From Ranitomeya imitator (taxonomy: Eukaryota), in assembly GCF_032444005.1 (NCBI RefSeq), contig NC_091286.1, positions 709,094,001-709,158,000 on the forward strand: a DNA stretch of 64,000 nucleotides. The letters are read 5' to 3'. The position numbers were made by a program, and so were the translations under genes. The notes under the pieces were generated by a model that had not been told where the DNA came from, searched no databases, and worked only from the letters and a program-made list of their open reading frames with translations. Below, piece by piece: positions 46,901 through 57,345 of this stretch. Numbering within the stretch: position 1 is the stretch's first letter; the number at the start of each line of letters is the position of its first letter.

Positions 46901-47110
46901 TGCACGGGGGGAGGGGCGGTATAGTATATAATGTACGGGGGGAGGGGCGGTATAGTATATAATGTACAGGGGGAGGGGCGGTATAGTATATAATGTACAG
47001 GGGGAGGGGCGGTATAGTATATAATGTACAGGGGGAGGGGCGGTATAGTATATAATGTACAGGGGGAGGGGCGGTATAGTATATAATGCACGGGGGGAGG
47101 GGCGGTATAC

Positions 47111-47530
47111 CGGGAATGTGCGGAGGCTGCGCTCGTCCCTCAGGCTCCGGTCTCGGTCTCGGTCTCCGGTCCCGGCTGTATGGTGACAACCTGCGTCAGC
47201 TGAAGCCTCGGCACGGGTGACGTCAGACGCACAGAACGTGCTACGTAAGGACCTGGGTGAGCTGGGCGGGGCCGGGATGAGGGCACGTACTTCCTGATAG
47301 ACGTAATGACGTAATATCTTACTGGCCACACGTCGTTACGTCTCACTACTACGGCGTGCCGCACAGGTCTTTTCTCTCCGGTTTCTGCTCTTGTGAAGTG
47401 GGCGTTGCTTTCTGCAGAGGGCGTGGCCTGACAGTGCGCGGTTTCTGTCCAAGCAAGAGACTCGTTTACAGCAATGCCAGAAACTGAAGTGTGTGGTGTC
47501 CATAGCGACCAGTTTCATCGGCCAATCACA
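47111..47530 (-). promoter_or_regulatory. nrbp1: Probable nrbp1 non-coding exon 1 and CpG-rich promoter
   Basis: This is the only unique CpG-rich island upstream of the ATG exon. It has a candidate donor CCG|gtatac at 47111/47110, a perfect CRE TGACGTCA (47218-47225), a GC box GGGCGGGGC (47264-47272), ETS ACTTCCTG (47289-47296), a half-CRE TGACGTAA (47307-47314), X-box-like GTCCATAGCGAC (47498-47509) and CCAAT (47522-47526). The TSS is not determined. Confidence 0.65.
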
Positions 47531-47619
47531 GTGCGGCTTCTTGTTCACATTTTAATTTTATTTTTTTTTAAGTTTAAAGGGGCCGTAAACTACTAGGAGA
47601 AGCCTCATCCATCCAGGCT

Positions 47620-50435
47620 CCCCCCGTGTAACCCCCTCACCCACCCCCCGTGTAACCCCCTCACCCACCCCCCGTGTAACCCCCTCACCCCCCCATGTAA
47701 CCCCCTCGCCCCCCCGTTTAACCCCCTCACCCCCCCATGTAACCCCCTCACCCCCCCCGTTTAACCCCCTCACCCCCCCGTTTAACCCCCACACCCCCCC
47801 ATGTAACCCCCTCACCCCCCCCCCCGTGTAACCACCTCACCCCCCGTGTAACCCCCTCACCCCTGTGTAACCCCCTCACCCCCCCGTTTAACCCCCTCAC
47901 CCCCTGTGTAACCCCCTCACCCCAGTCGCTCCTGTATAACTCCTGCACCCCGCCCCCTGTGTAACCCCCTCACCCCCCTGTGTAACCCCCTCACCCCCCT
48001 GTGTAACCCCCTCACCCCCCCGTGTAACCCCCTCACCCCCCCATGTAACCCCCTCACCCCCCCCCGTGTAACCCCCTCACCCCCCTGTGTAACCCCCTCA
48101 CCCCCCTGTGTAACCCCCTCACCCCCCCCGTGTAACCCCCTCACCCCCCCGTGTAACCCCCTCACCCCCCCGTGTAACCCCCTCACCCCCCCATGTAACC
48201 CCCTCACCCCCCCGTGTAACCCCCTCACCCCCCTGTGTAACCCCCTCACCCCCCCCCCCCGTAACCCCCTCACCCCCCCCCCCGTGTAACCCCCTCACCC
48301 CCCCCCGTGTAACCCCTCACCCCCCATGTAACCCCCTCACCCCCCCGTGTAACCCCCTCACCCCCCCGTGTAGCCCCCTCACCCCCCTGTGTAACCCCCT
48401 CACCCCCCCGTGTAACCCCCTCACCCCCCCCCCCGTGTAACCCCCTCACCCCCCCATGTAACCCCCTCACCCCCCCCGTGTAACCCCCTCACCCCCCTGT
48501 GTAACCCCCTCACCCCCCCCCCCGTGTAACCCCCTCACCCCCCCGTGTAACCCCCTCACCCCCCATGTAACCCCCTCACCCCCCCGTGTAACCCCCTCAC
48601 CCCCCGTTTAACCCCCTCACCCCCCCGTGTAACCACCTCACCCCCCGTTTAACCCCCTCACCCCCCCGTGTAACCCCCTCACCCCTGTGTAACCCCCTCA
48701 CCCCCCCCGTTTAACTCCCTCACCCCCCGTGTAACCCCTCTCACCTCAGTCGCCTCTGTCTAACTCCTGCACCCCGCCCCCTGTGTAACCCCCTCACCCC
48801 CCTGTGTAACCCCCTCACCCCCCGTGTAACCGCCTCACCCCCCCGTGTAACCCCCTCACCCCCCGTGTAACCCCCTCACCCCCCGTGTAACCCCCTCACC
48901 CACCGTGTAACCCCCTCCCCCCCGTGTAGCCCCCTCACCCCCCGTGTAACCCCCTCACCCCCCCGTGTAACCACCTCACCCCCCGTTTAACCCCCTCACC
49001 CCCTCGTGTAACCCCCTCACCCCTGTGTAACCCCTCTCACCTCAGTCGCCTCTAACTCCTGCACCCCGCCCCCTGTGTAACCCCCTCAACCCCCTCACCC
49101 CCTGTGTAACCCCCTCACCCCCCTGTGTAACCCCCTCACCCCCCCGTGTAACCGCCTCACCCCCCCGTGTAACCCCCTCACCCCCCGTGTAACCCCCTCA
49201 CCCCCCGTGTAACCCCCTCACCCACCGTGTAACCCCCTCACCCCCCGTGTAGCCCCCTCACCCCCCGTGTAACCCCCTCACCCCCCGTGTAACCCCCTCA
49301 CCCCAGTCGCTCCTGTATAACTCCTGCACCCCGCCCCCCATGTAACCCCCTCACCCCATGTAACACCCTCACCCCCCGTGTAACCCGCTCACCCCGTGTA
49401 ACCTCTTCACCCCCCCATGTAACCCGCTCACCCCCCGTGTAACCCCCTCACCCCCATGTAACCCCCTCACCCCCCGTGTAACCCCCTCACCCCCCGTGTA
49501 ACCCCCTCACCCCCGTGTAACCCCCTCACCCACCGTGTAACCCCCTCACCCCCCGTGTAACCCCCTCACCCCCCGTGTAACCCCCTCACCCCCACATGTA
49601 ACCCCCTCACCCCCCATGTAACCCCCTCACCCCCGTGTAACCCCCTCACCCCCCGTGTAACCCCCTCACCCCCCGTGTAACCCCCTCACCCCCTGTGTAA
49701 CCCCCTCACCCCAGTCGCTCCTGTATAACTCCTGCACCCCGCCCCCCATGTAATCCCCTCACCCCCCGTGTAACCCGCTCACCCCCCCGTGTAACCCCCT
49801 CACCCCCACATGTAACCCCCTCACCCCCCATGTAACCCCCTCACCCCCGTGTAACCCCCTCACCCCCCGTGTAACCCCCTCACCCCCCGTGTAATCCCCT
49901 CACCCCCCGTGTAACCCGCTCACCCCCCCGTGTAACCCCCTCACCCCCATGTAACCCGCTCACCCCCCGTGTAACCCCCTCACCCCCCGTGTAACCCCCT
50001 CACCCCCATGTAACCCCCTCACCCCCCGTGTAGCCCCCTCACCCCCATGTAACACCCTCACCCCCCGTGTAACCCGCTCACCCCCGTGTAACCCCTTCAC
50101 CCCCCATGTAACCCGCTCACCCCCCGTGTAACCCCCTCACCCCCATGTAACCCCCTCACCCCCCGTGTAACCCCCTCACCCCCCCATGTAACCCGCTCAC
50201 CCCCCCATGTAACCCGCTCACCCCCCCGTGTAACCCGCTCACCCCCCCGTGTAACCCCCTCACCCCCACATGTAACCCCCTCACCCCCCATGTAACCCCC
50301 TCACCCCCGTGTAACCCCCTCACCCCCCGTGTAACCCCCTCACCCCCCCGTGTAACCCCCTCACCCCCGTGTAACCCCCTCACCCCCTGTGTAACCCCCT
50401 CACCCCAGTCGCTCCTGTATAACTCCTGCACCCCG
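47620..50435 (+). repeat. 19-22-bp C-rich minisatellite CCCCCGTGTAACCCCCTCAC with a periodic 37-bp spacer
   Basis: Tandem units with variable C-runs; the spacer CAGTCGCTCCTGTATAACTCCTGCACCCCGCCCC occurs six times. Confidence 0.95.
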
Positions 50436-50449
50436 CTACAGGACCACAT

Positions 50450-50906
50450 TACAAGAGAGAGATGCTGAGAGAGAGACAGAGAGAGAGACAGAGAGCGCGA
50501 GACCGAGGTTGAGAGACAAAGAGACTGAGAGAGACAGACTGACAGAGAGACAGACAGACTCACAGAGACAGAGAGAGCGAGAAAGAGAGACTGACACAGA
50601 AACTCAGATCGAGACAGAGAGAGCAAGACAGAGAGCGAGATTGAGACAAACTGAGAGAGCCTTAAACAGAGACTGCTAGAGAGTGACAGAGACTGAGAGA
50701 GACTGACACAGAGACTCAGAGACAGACTGAGACAGAGAGAAAGACAGCGAGACTGAGAGAGATAGAGAGCGAGACAGAGAGCGAGACCATGACTGAGAGA
50801 GACAGAGACTGAGAGAGACAGACAAAGAGACAGACTGAAAAGAGACTGACAGAGACAGAGAGACTGATAGAGATTGAGAGAGACTGACAGAGACTAAGAG
50901 CGAGAC
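50450..50906 (+). repeat. Degenerate (GA)n/(GACA)n low-complexity tract, left part
   Basis: GAGAGACAGAGACT-type runs; the same tract resumes at 57346. Confidence 0.85.
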
Positions 50907-50945
50907 TAAAGGTACCTTCACACTGAGCGACTTTAGAACGATATC

Positions 50946-53900
50946 TGTAATGCTGTGCTATCAGGCAACACAGCGTGCAGTAATCAGCGCACATACAGAG
51001 ATCTGGCAATAACCCAAAAACAATAGGACGAGCTCTGAGACGTGGAATCTCTGCAGACTGCAATACCTGAACCTATCCTCACACAACTAAAAGCAGCAGT
51101 GGATTGCGCCTATCACTACCTATGCAACTCGGCACTGCCTGAGGAGCTGACTAGCCTGAAGATAGAAATACAAGCCTGACTTGCCTCAGAGAAATACCCC
51201 AAAGGAATAGGCAGCCCCCCACATATAATGACTGTTAGCAAGATGAAAAGACAAAACGTAGGAATGAAATAGATTCAGCAAAGTGAGGCCCGATATTCTA
51301 GACAGAGCGAGGATAGCAAAGAGAACTATGCAGTCTACAAAAAACCCTAAAGCAGAACCACGCAAAGGGGGGCAAAAAGACCCACCGTGCCGAACTAACG
51401 GCACGGCGGTGCACCCTTTGCGTCTCAGAGCTTCCAGCAAAAGAGAAAAGCACAGCTGGACAGAAAAAACGGAAACAAAAACAAAGTAACACTTATCTAG
51501 CAGAGCAGCAGGCCACAGGAAAGATGCAGTAGCTCAGATCCAACACTGGAACATTGACAAGGAGCAAGGAAGACAGACTCAGGTGGAGTTAAATAGCAAG
51601 GCAGCCAACGAGCTCACCAAAACACCTGAGGGAGGAAGCCCAGAGGCTGCAATACCACTTGTGACCACAGGAGTGAATTCAGCCACAGAACTCACAACAG
51701 TACTCCCCCTTGAGGAGGGGTCACCGAACCCTCACCAGAACCCCCAGGCCGACCAGGATGAGCCACATGAAAGGCACGAACAAGATCTGGGGCATGGACA
51801 TCAGAGGCAAAAACCCAGGAATTATCCTCCTGAGCATAACCCTTCCATTTGACCAGATACTGGAGTTTCCGTCTAGAGACACGAGAATCCAAAATTTTCT
51901 CCACAATATACTCCAATTCCCCCTCCACCAAAACAGGGGCAGGAGGCTCCACAGATGGAACCATAGGTGCCACGTATCTTCTCAACAACGACCTATGGAA
52001 TACATTATGTATGGAAAAGGAGTCTGGGAGGGTCAGACGAAAAGACACCGGATTGAGAATCTCAGAAATCCTATACGGACCAATAAAACGAGGTTTAAAT
52101 TTAGGAGAGGAAACCTTCATAGGAATATGACGAGAAGATAACCAAACCAGATCCCCAACACGAAGTCGGGGACCCACACGGCGTCTACGATTAGCGAAAA
52201 GCTGAGCCTTCTCCTGGGACAAGATCAAATTGTCCACTACCTGAGTCCAGATCTGCTGCAACCTGTCCACCACAGAATCCACACCAGGACAGTCCGAAGA
52301 CTCAACCTGTCCTGAAGAGAAACGAGGATGGAACCCAGAATTGCAGAAAAATGGAGAGACCAAGGTAGCCGAGCTGGCCCGATTATTAAGGGCGAACTCA
52401 GCCAACGGCAAAAATGACACCCAATCATCCTGGTCAGCAGAAACAAAACATCTCAGATATGTTTCCAAGGTCTGATTGGTTCGTTCGGTCTGGCCATTAG
52501 TCTGAGGATGGAAGGCCGAGGAAAAAGATAGGTCAATGCCCATCCTACCACAAAAGGCTCGCCAGAACCTCGAGACAAACTGGGAACCTCTGTCAGAAAC
52601 AATATTCTCAGGAATGCCATGCAAACGAACCACATGCTGGAAGAACAAAGGCACCAAATCAGAGGAGGAAGGCAATTTAACCAAGGGCACCAGATGGACC
52701 ATTTTAGAAAAGCGATCACAGACCACCCAAATGACCGACATCTTTTGAGAAACGGGAAGGTCAGAAATGAAATCCATCGAAATATGTGTCCAAGGCCTCT
52801 TCAGGACCGGCAAGGGCAAAAGCAACCCACTGGCACGTGAACAGCAGGGCTTAGCCCTAGCACAAATCCCACAGGACTGCACAAAAGCACGCACATCCCG
52901 TGACAGAGATGGCCACCAGAAGGATCTAGCAACCAACTCCCTGGTACCAAAGATTCCTGGATGACCGGCCAGCACCGAACAATGAAGTTCAGAGATAACT
53001 TTACTAGTCCACCTATCAGGGACGAACAGTTTCTCGGCCGGACAACGATCAGGTTTATTAGCCTGAACTTTCTGCAACACTCTCCGCAAATCAGGAGAGA
53101 TGGCAGACACAATGACTCCTTCCTTGAGGATACTCGCCGGCTCAGATAACCCCGGAGAGTCGGGCACAAAACTCCTAGACAGAGCATCCGCCTTCACATT
53201 TTTAGAGCCCGGAAGGTACGAAATCACAAAATCAAAACGAGCAAAAAATAACGACCAACGGGCCTGTCTAGGATTCAAGCGCTTGTCAGACTCGAGATAA
53301 GTAAGATTCTTATGATCAGTCAATACCACCACGCGATGCTTAGCTCCCTCAAGCCAATGACGCCACTCCTCGAATGCCCACTTCATGGCCAGCAACTCTC
53401 GGTTGCCCACATCATAATTACGCTCAGCAGCAGAAAATTTCCTGGAAAAGAAAGCACATGGTTTCAACACTGAGCAACCAGAACCTCTCTGTGACAAAAC
53501 CGCCCCTGCTCCAATCTCAGAAGCATCAACCTCGACCTGGAACGGAAGAGAAACATCTGGTTGACACAACACAGGGGCACAGCAAAAACGACGCTTCAAC
53601 TCCTGAAAAGCTTCCACGGCAGCAGAAGACCAATTAACCAAATCAGCACCCTTCTTGGTCAAATCGGTCAATGGTCTGGCAATGCTAGAAAAATTACAGA
53701 TGAAGCGACGATAAAAATTAGCAAAGCCCAGGAATTTCTGCAGACTTTTCAGAGATGTAGGCTGAGTCCAATCCTGGATGGCCTGGACCTTAACCGGATC
53801 CATCTCGATAGTAGAAGGGGAAAAGATGAACCCCAAAAATGAAACTTTCTGCACACCGAAGAGACACTTTGATCCCTTCACGAACAAGGAATTAGCACGC

Positions 53901-56654
53901 AGTACCTGGAAAACCATTCTGACTTGCTTCACATGAGACTCCCAATCATCAGAGAAGATCAAAATGTCATCCAAGTAAACAATCAGGAATTTATCCAGAT
54001 ACTCACGGAAGATGTCATGCATAAAAGACTGAAACACAGATGGAGCATTGGCAAGTCCGAACGGCATCACCAGATACTCAAAATGACCCTCGGGCGTATT
54101 AAATGCCGTTTTCCATTCATCTCCCTGCCTGATTCTCACCAGATTATACGCACCACGAAGATCAATCTTAGTAAACCAACTAGCCCCCTTAATCCGAGCA
54201 AACAAGTCAGATATCAATGGCAAGGGATACTGAAACTTAACAGTGATCTTATTAAGAAGGCGGTAATCAATACACGGTCTTAGCGAACCATCCTTTTTGG
54301 CTACAAAAAAGAACCCTGCTCCCAATGGTGATGACGATGGGCGAATATGTCCCTTCTCCAGGGATTCTTTCACATAACTGCGCATAGCGGTGTGTTCAGG
54401 CACGGACAAATTAAATAAACGACCCTTAGGGAATTTACTACCAGGAATCAAATTGATAGCACAATCACAATCCCTATGCGGAGGTAGAGCATCGGACTTG
54501 GGCTCTTCAAATACATCCTGATAATCAGACAAGAACTCTGGGACCTCAGAAGGGGTGGATGACGAAATAGACAAAAATGGAACATCACCATGTACTCCCT
54601 GACAACCCCAGCTGGATACCGACATAGAGTTCCAATCTAATACTGGTTTATGGGTTTGTAGCCATGGCAACCCCAACACGACCACATCATGCAGATTATG
54701 CAACACCAGAAAGCGAATAACTTCCTGATGTGCAGGAGCCATGCACATGGTCAGCTGGGCCCAGTACTGAGGCTTATTCTTGGCCAAAGGTGTAGCATCA
54801 ATTCCTCTCAATGGAATAGGACACCGCAAAGGCTCCAAGAAAAACCCACAACGTTTAGCATAATCCAAATCCATCAGATTCAGGGCAGCGCCTGAATCCA
54901 CAAACGCCATGACAGAATACGATGACAAAGAGCATATCAAGGTAATGGACAGAAGGAATTTGGACTGTACAGTACAAATGACGGCAGAGCTATCGAACCG
55001 CCTAGTGCGTTTAGGACAATTAGAAATAGCATGAGTAGAATCACCACAATAGAAACACAGTCTGTTCAGACGTCTGTGTTCTTGCCGTTCTACTTTAGTC
55101 ATAGTCCTGTCGCACTGCATAGGCTCAGGTTTACTCTCAGACAATACCGCCAGATGGTGCACAGATTTACGCTCGCGCAAGCGACGACCGATCTGAATGG
55201 CCAAGGACATAGACTCATTCAAACCAGCAGGCATAGGAAATCCCACCATTACATCCTTAAGAGCTTCAGAGAGACCCTTTCTGAACAAAGCCGCTAGTGC
55301 AGATTCATTCCACAGAGTGAGTACTGACCACTTCCTAAATTTCTGACAATATACTTCTACATCATCCTGACCCTGGCATAAAGCCAGCAAATTTTTCTCA
55401 GCCTGATCCACTGAATTAGGCTCATCGTAAAGCAATCCAAGCGCCTGGAAAAACGCATCAACATTACTCAATGCAGGGTCTCCTGGCGCAAGAGAAAACG
55501 CCCAGTCCTGTGGGTCGCCGCGCAAAAAAGAAATAATAATCAAAACCTGTTGAATAGGATTACCAGAAGAATGAGGTTTCAAGGCCAGAAATAGCTTACA
55601 ATTATTTTTGAAGCTCAGGAACTTAGTTCTATCTCCAAAAAACAAATCAGGAATAGGAATTCTTGGTTCTAACATAGATTTCTGATCAATAGTATCTTGA
55701 ATCTTTTGTACATTTATAACGAGATTATCCATTGAGGAGCACAGAGCCTGAATATCCATGTCCACAGCTGTGTCCTGAAGCACTCTAATGTCTAGGGGAA
55801 AAAAAAAAAAAAACTGAAGACAGAGCTGAGGAAAAAAAAAAATGATGTCAGGACTTCTTTTTTCCCTCTATTGAGAATCATTGGTTTTGGCTCCTTGTAC
55901 TGTTATGCTGTGCTATCAGGCAACACAGTGTGCAGTAATCAGCGCACATACAGTGATATGGCAATAACCCAAAAACAATAGAACAAGCTCTGAGACGTGG
56001 AATCTCTGCAGACTGCAATACCTGAACCTATCCTCACACAACTAAAAGCAGCAGTGGATTGCGCCTAACACTACCTATGCAACTCGGCACTGCCTGAGGA
56101 GCTGACTAGCCTGAAGATAGAAATACAAGCCTGACTTGCCTCAGAGAAATACCCCAAAGGAATAGGCAGCCCCCCACATATAATGACTGTTAGCAAGATG
56201 AAAAGACAAAACGTAGGAATGAAATAGATTCAGCAAAGTGAGGCCCGATATTCTAGACAGAGCGAGGATAGCAAAGAGAACTATGCAGTCTACAAAAAAC
56301 CCTAAAGCAGAACCACGCAAAGGGGGGCAAAAAGACCCACCGTGCCGAACTAACGGCACGGCGGTGCACCCTTTGCGTCTCAGAGCTTCCAGCAAAAGAG
56401 AAAAGCACAGCTGGACAGAAAAAACGGAAACAAAAACAAAGTAACACTTATCTAGCAGAGCAGCAGGCCACAGGAAAGATGCAGTAGCTCAGATCCAACA
56501 CTGGAACATTGACAAGGAGCAAGGAAGACAGACTCAGGTGGAGTTAAATAGCAAGGCAGCCAACGAGCTCACCAAAACACCTGAGGGAGGAAGCCCAGAG
56601 GCTGCAATACCACTTGTGACCACAGGAGTGAATTCAGCCACAGAATTCACAACA
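50946..56654 (-). mobile_element. Full-length Ty3/Gypsy chromovirus (Tf1/sushi-like) LTR retrotransposon
   Basis: 754-bp TG..CA LTRs at 50946-51699 and 55901-56654 with 8 differences, PPT AAGGGGGAGTAC before the 3' LTR, and GATATC on both flanks. Confidence 0.97.
51692..55783 (-). CDS. Gag-Pol polyprotein, single ORF, 1363 aa (Gag-CCHC-PR-RT-RH-IN-chromodomain)
   Basis: CFYCGDSTHAISNC zinc knuckle, protease FVDSGA, RT YLDD, RNase H DAS, integrase HHCC with SMDF / SDRG / TERTNQ, GPY/F motif GPYRI, and chromodomain YIVEKILD...YLVKWKGY...NSW. Confidence 0.96.
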   Translation of the reverse strand: MLQDTAVDMDIQALCSSMDNLVINVQKIQDTIDQKSMLEPRIPIPDLFFGDRTKFLSFKNNCKLFLALKPHSSGNPIQQVLIIISFLRGDPQDWAFSLAPGDPALSNVDAFFQALGLLYDEPNSVDQAEKNLLALCQGQDDVEVYCQKFRKWSVLTLWNESALAALFRKGLSEALKDVMVGFPMPAGLNESMSLAIQIGRRLRERKSVHHLAVLSESKPEPMQCDRTMTKVERQEHRRLNRLCFYCGDSTHAISNCPKRTRRFDSSAVICTVQSKFLLSITLICSLSSYSVMAFVDSGAALNLMDLDYAKRCGFFLEPLRCPIPLRGIDATPLAKNKPQYWAQLTMCMAPAHQEVIRFLVLHNLHDVVVLGLPWLQTHKPVLDWNSMSVSSWGCQGVHGDVPFLSISSSTPSEVPEFLSDYQDVFEEPKSDALPPHRDCDCAINLIPGSKFPKGRLFNLSVPEHTAMRSYVKESLEKGHIRPSSSPLGAGFFFVAKKDGSLRPCIDYRLLNKITVKFQYPLPLISDLFARIKGASWFTKIDLRGAYNLVRIRQGDEWKTAFNTPEGHFEYLVMPFGLANAPSVFQSFMHDIFREYLDKFLIVYLDDILIFSDDWESHVKQVRMVFQVLRANSLFVKGSKCLFGVQKVSFLGFIFSPSTIEMDPVKVQAIQDWTQPTSLKSLQKFLGFANFYRRFICNFSSIARPLTDLTKKGADLVNWSSAAVEAFQELKRRFCCAPVLCQPDVSLPFQVEVDASEIGAGAVLSQRGSGCSVLKPCAFFSRKFSAAERNYDVGNRELLAMKWAFEEWRHWLEGAKHRVVVLTDHKNLTYLESDKRLNPRQARWSLFFARFDFVISYLPGSKNVKADALSRSFVPDSPGLSEPASILKEGVIVSAISPDLRRVLQKVQANKPDRCPAEKLFVPDRWTSKVISELHCSVLAGHPGIFGTRELVARSFWWPSLSRDVRAFVQSCGICARAKPCCSRASGLLLPLPVLKRPWTHISMDFISDLPVSQKMSVIWVVCDRFSKMVHLVPLVKLPSSSDLVPLFFQHVVRLHGIPENIVSDRGSQFVSRFWRAFCGRMGIDLSFSSAFHPQTNGQTERTNQTLETYLRCFVSADQDDWVSFLPLAEFALNNRASSATLVSPFFCNSGFHPRFSSGQVESSDCPGVDSVVDRLQQIWTQVVDNLILSQEKAQLFANRRRRVGPRLRVGDLVWLSSRHIPMKVSSPKFKPRFIGPYRISEILNPVSFRLTLPDSFSIHNVFHRSLLRRYVAPMVPSVEPPAPVLVEGELEYIVEKILDSRVSRRKLQYLVKWKGYAQEDNSWVFASDVHAPDLVRAFHVAHPGRPGGSGEGSVTPPQGGVLL

Positions 56655-57345
56655 GATATCGCTAGCGATCCGTGACGTTGCAGCGTCCTGGATAGCGATA
56701 TCGTTGTGTTTGACACACAGCAGCGATCTGGATCCTGCTGTGACATCGCTGGTCGGAGCTGAAAGTCTGGAACTTTATTTCTTCGCTGGATCTCCCGCTG
56801 ACATCACTGAATCGGCGTGTGTGATGCCGATCCAGCGATGTGTTCACTGGTAACCAGGGTAAACATCGAGTTACTAAGCGCAGGGCCGCACTTAGTAAAC
56901 CGATGTTTACCCTGGTTACCTAAAAAAAAAACACACTACATACTTATATTCCGGTGTCTTGTCGCGTCCCTCGCAGTCAGCTTCCCGCACTGACTGTAAG
57001 CACCGGCCGTAAAGCAGAGCGGTGACGTCACCGCTGTGCTCTGCTTTACGGCCGGCCGGCGGTCACAGTCAGTGCGGGAAGCTGACTGCGAGGGACGCGA
57101 CAGACACCGGAATGTAAGTATGTAGTGTTTGTTTTGTTTTTTTAGGTAACCAGGGTAAACATCGGGTTACTAAGCGCGGCCCTGCGCTTAGTAACTCGAT
57201 GTTTACCCTGGTTACCCGGGGACCTCGGCATCGTTGGTCGCTGGAGAGCTGTCTGTGTGACAGCTCTCCAGCGACCACACAGCGACGCTGCAGCGATTGG
57301 CATCGTCTATATCGCTGCAGCGTCGCTTAATGTGACGGTACCTTA

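Larger units (their letters stand above)
37795..47108 (+). repeat. 27-31-bp minisatellite G(n)AGGGGCGGTATAGTATATA(A/G)TGTACA, split by a Tc1 insertion
   Basis: About 7.7 kb of tandem units either side of 42301-43905, filling nrbp1 intron 1. Confidence 0.98.
50908..57345. mobile_element. Palindromic non-autonomous DNA element (MITE; PIF/Harbinger-like termini), split by the Gypsy insertion into 50908-50945 and 56655-57345
   Basis: Termini GGTACCTTCACACTGAGCGAC and GTCGCTTAATGTGACGGTACC match at 18/21 as an inverted repeat, with TAA/TTA-like flanks and extensive internal palindromes. The superfamily assignment is tentative. Confidence 0.75.

Noticed and set aside
29909-47329. Cys/Pro/Tyr-rich repetitive ORFs of 500-1100 aa (keratin-associated- or extensin-like appearance)
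   Set aside because: They derive from 14-, 29-, 36- and 29-bp arrays inside nrbp1 introns, with frame-independent periodicity.
51692-55783. Domesticated gene of the PEG10/RTL1 (Mart/SIRH) type
   Set aside because: The ORF is flanked by near-identical LTRs, a PPT and a TSD, so it is a retrotransposon. Those domesticated genes are mammalian derivatives of this clade.
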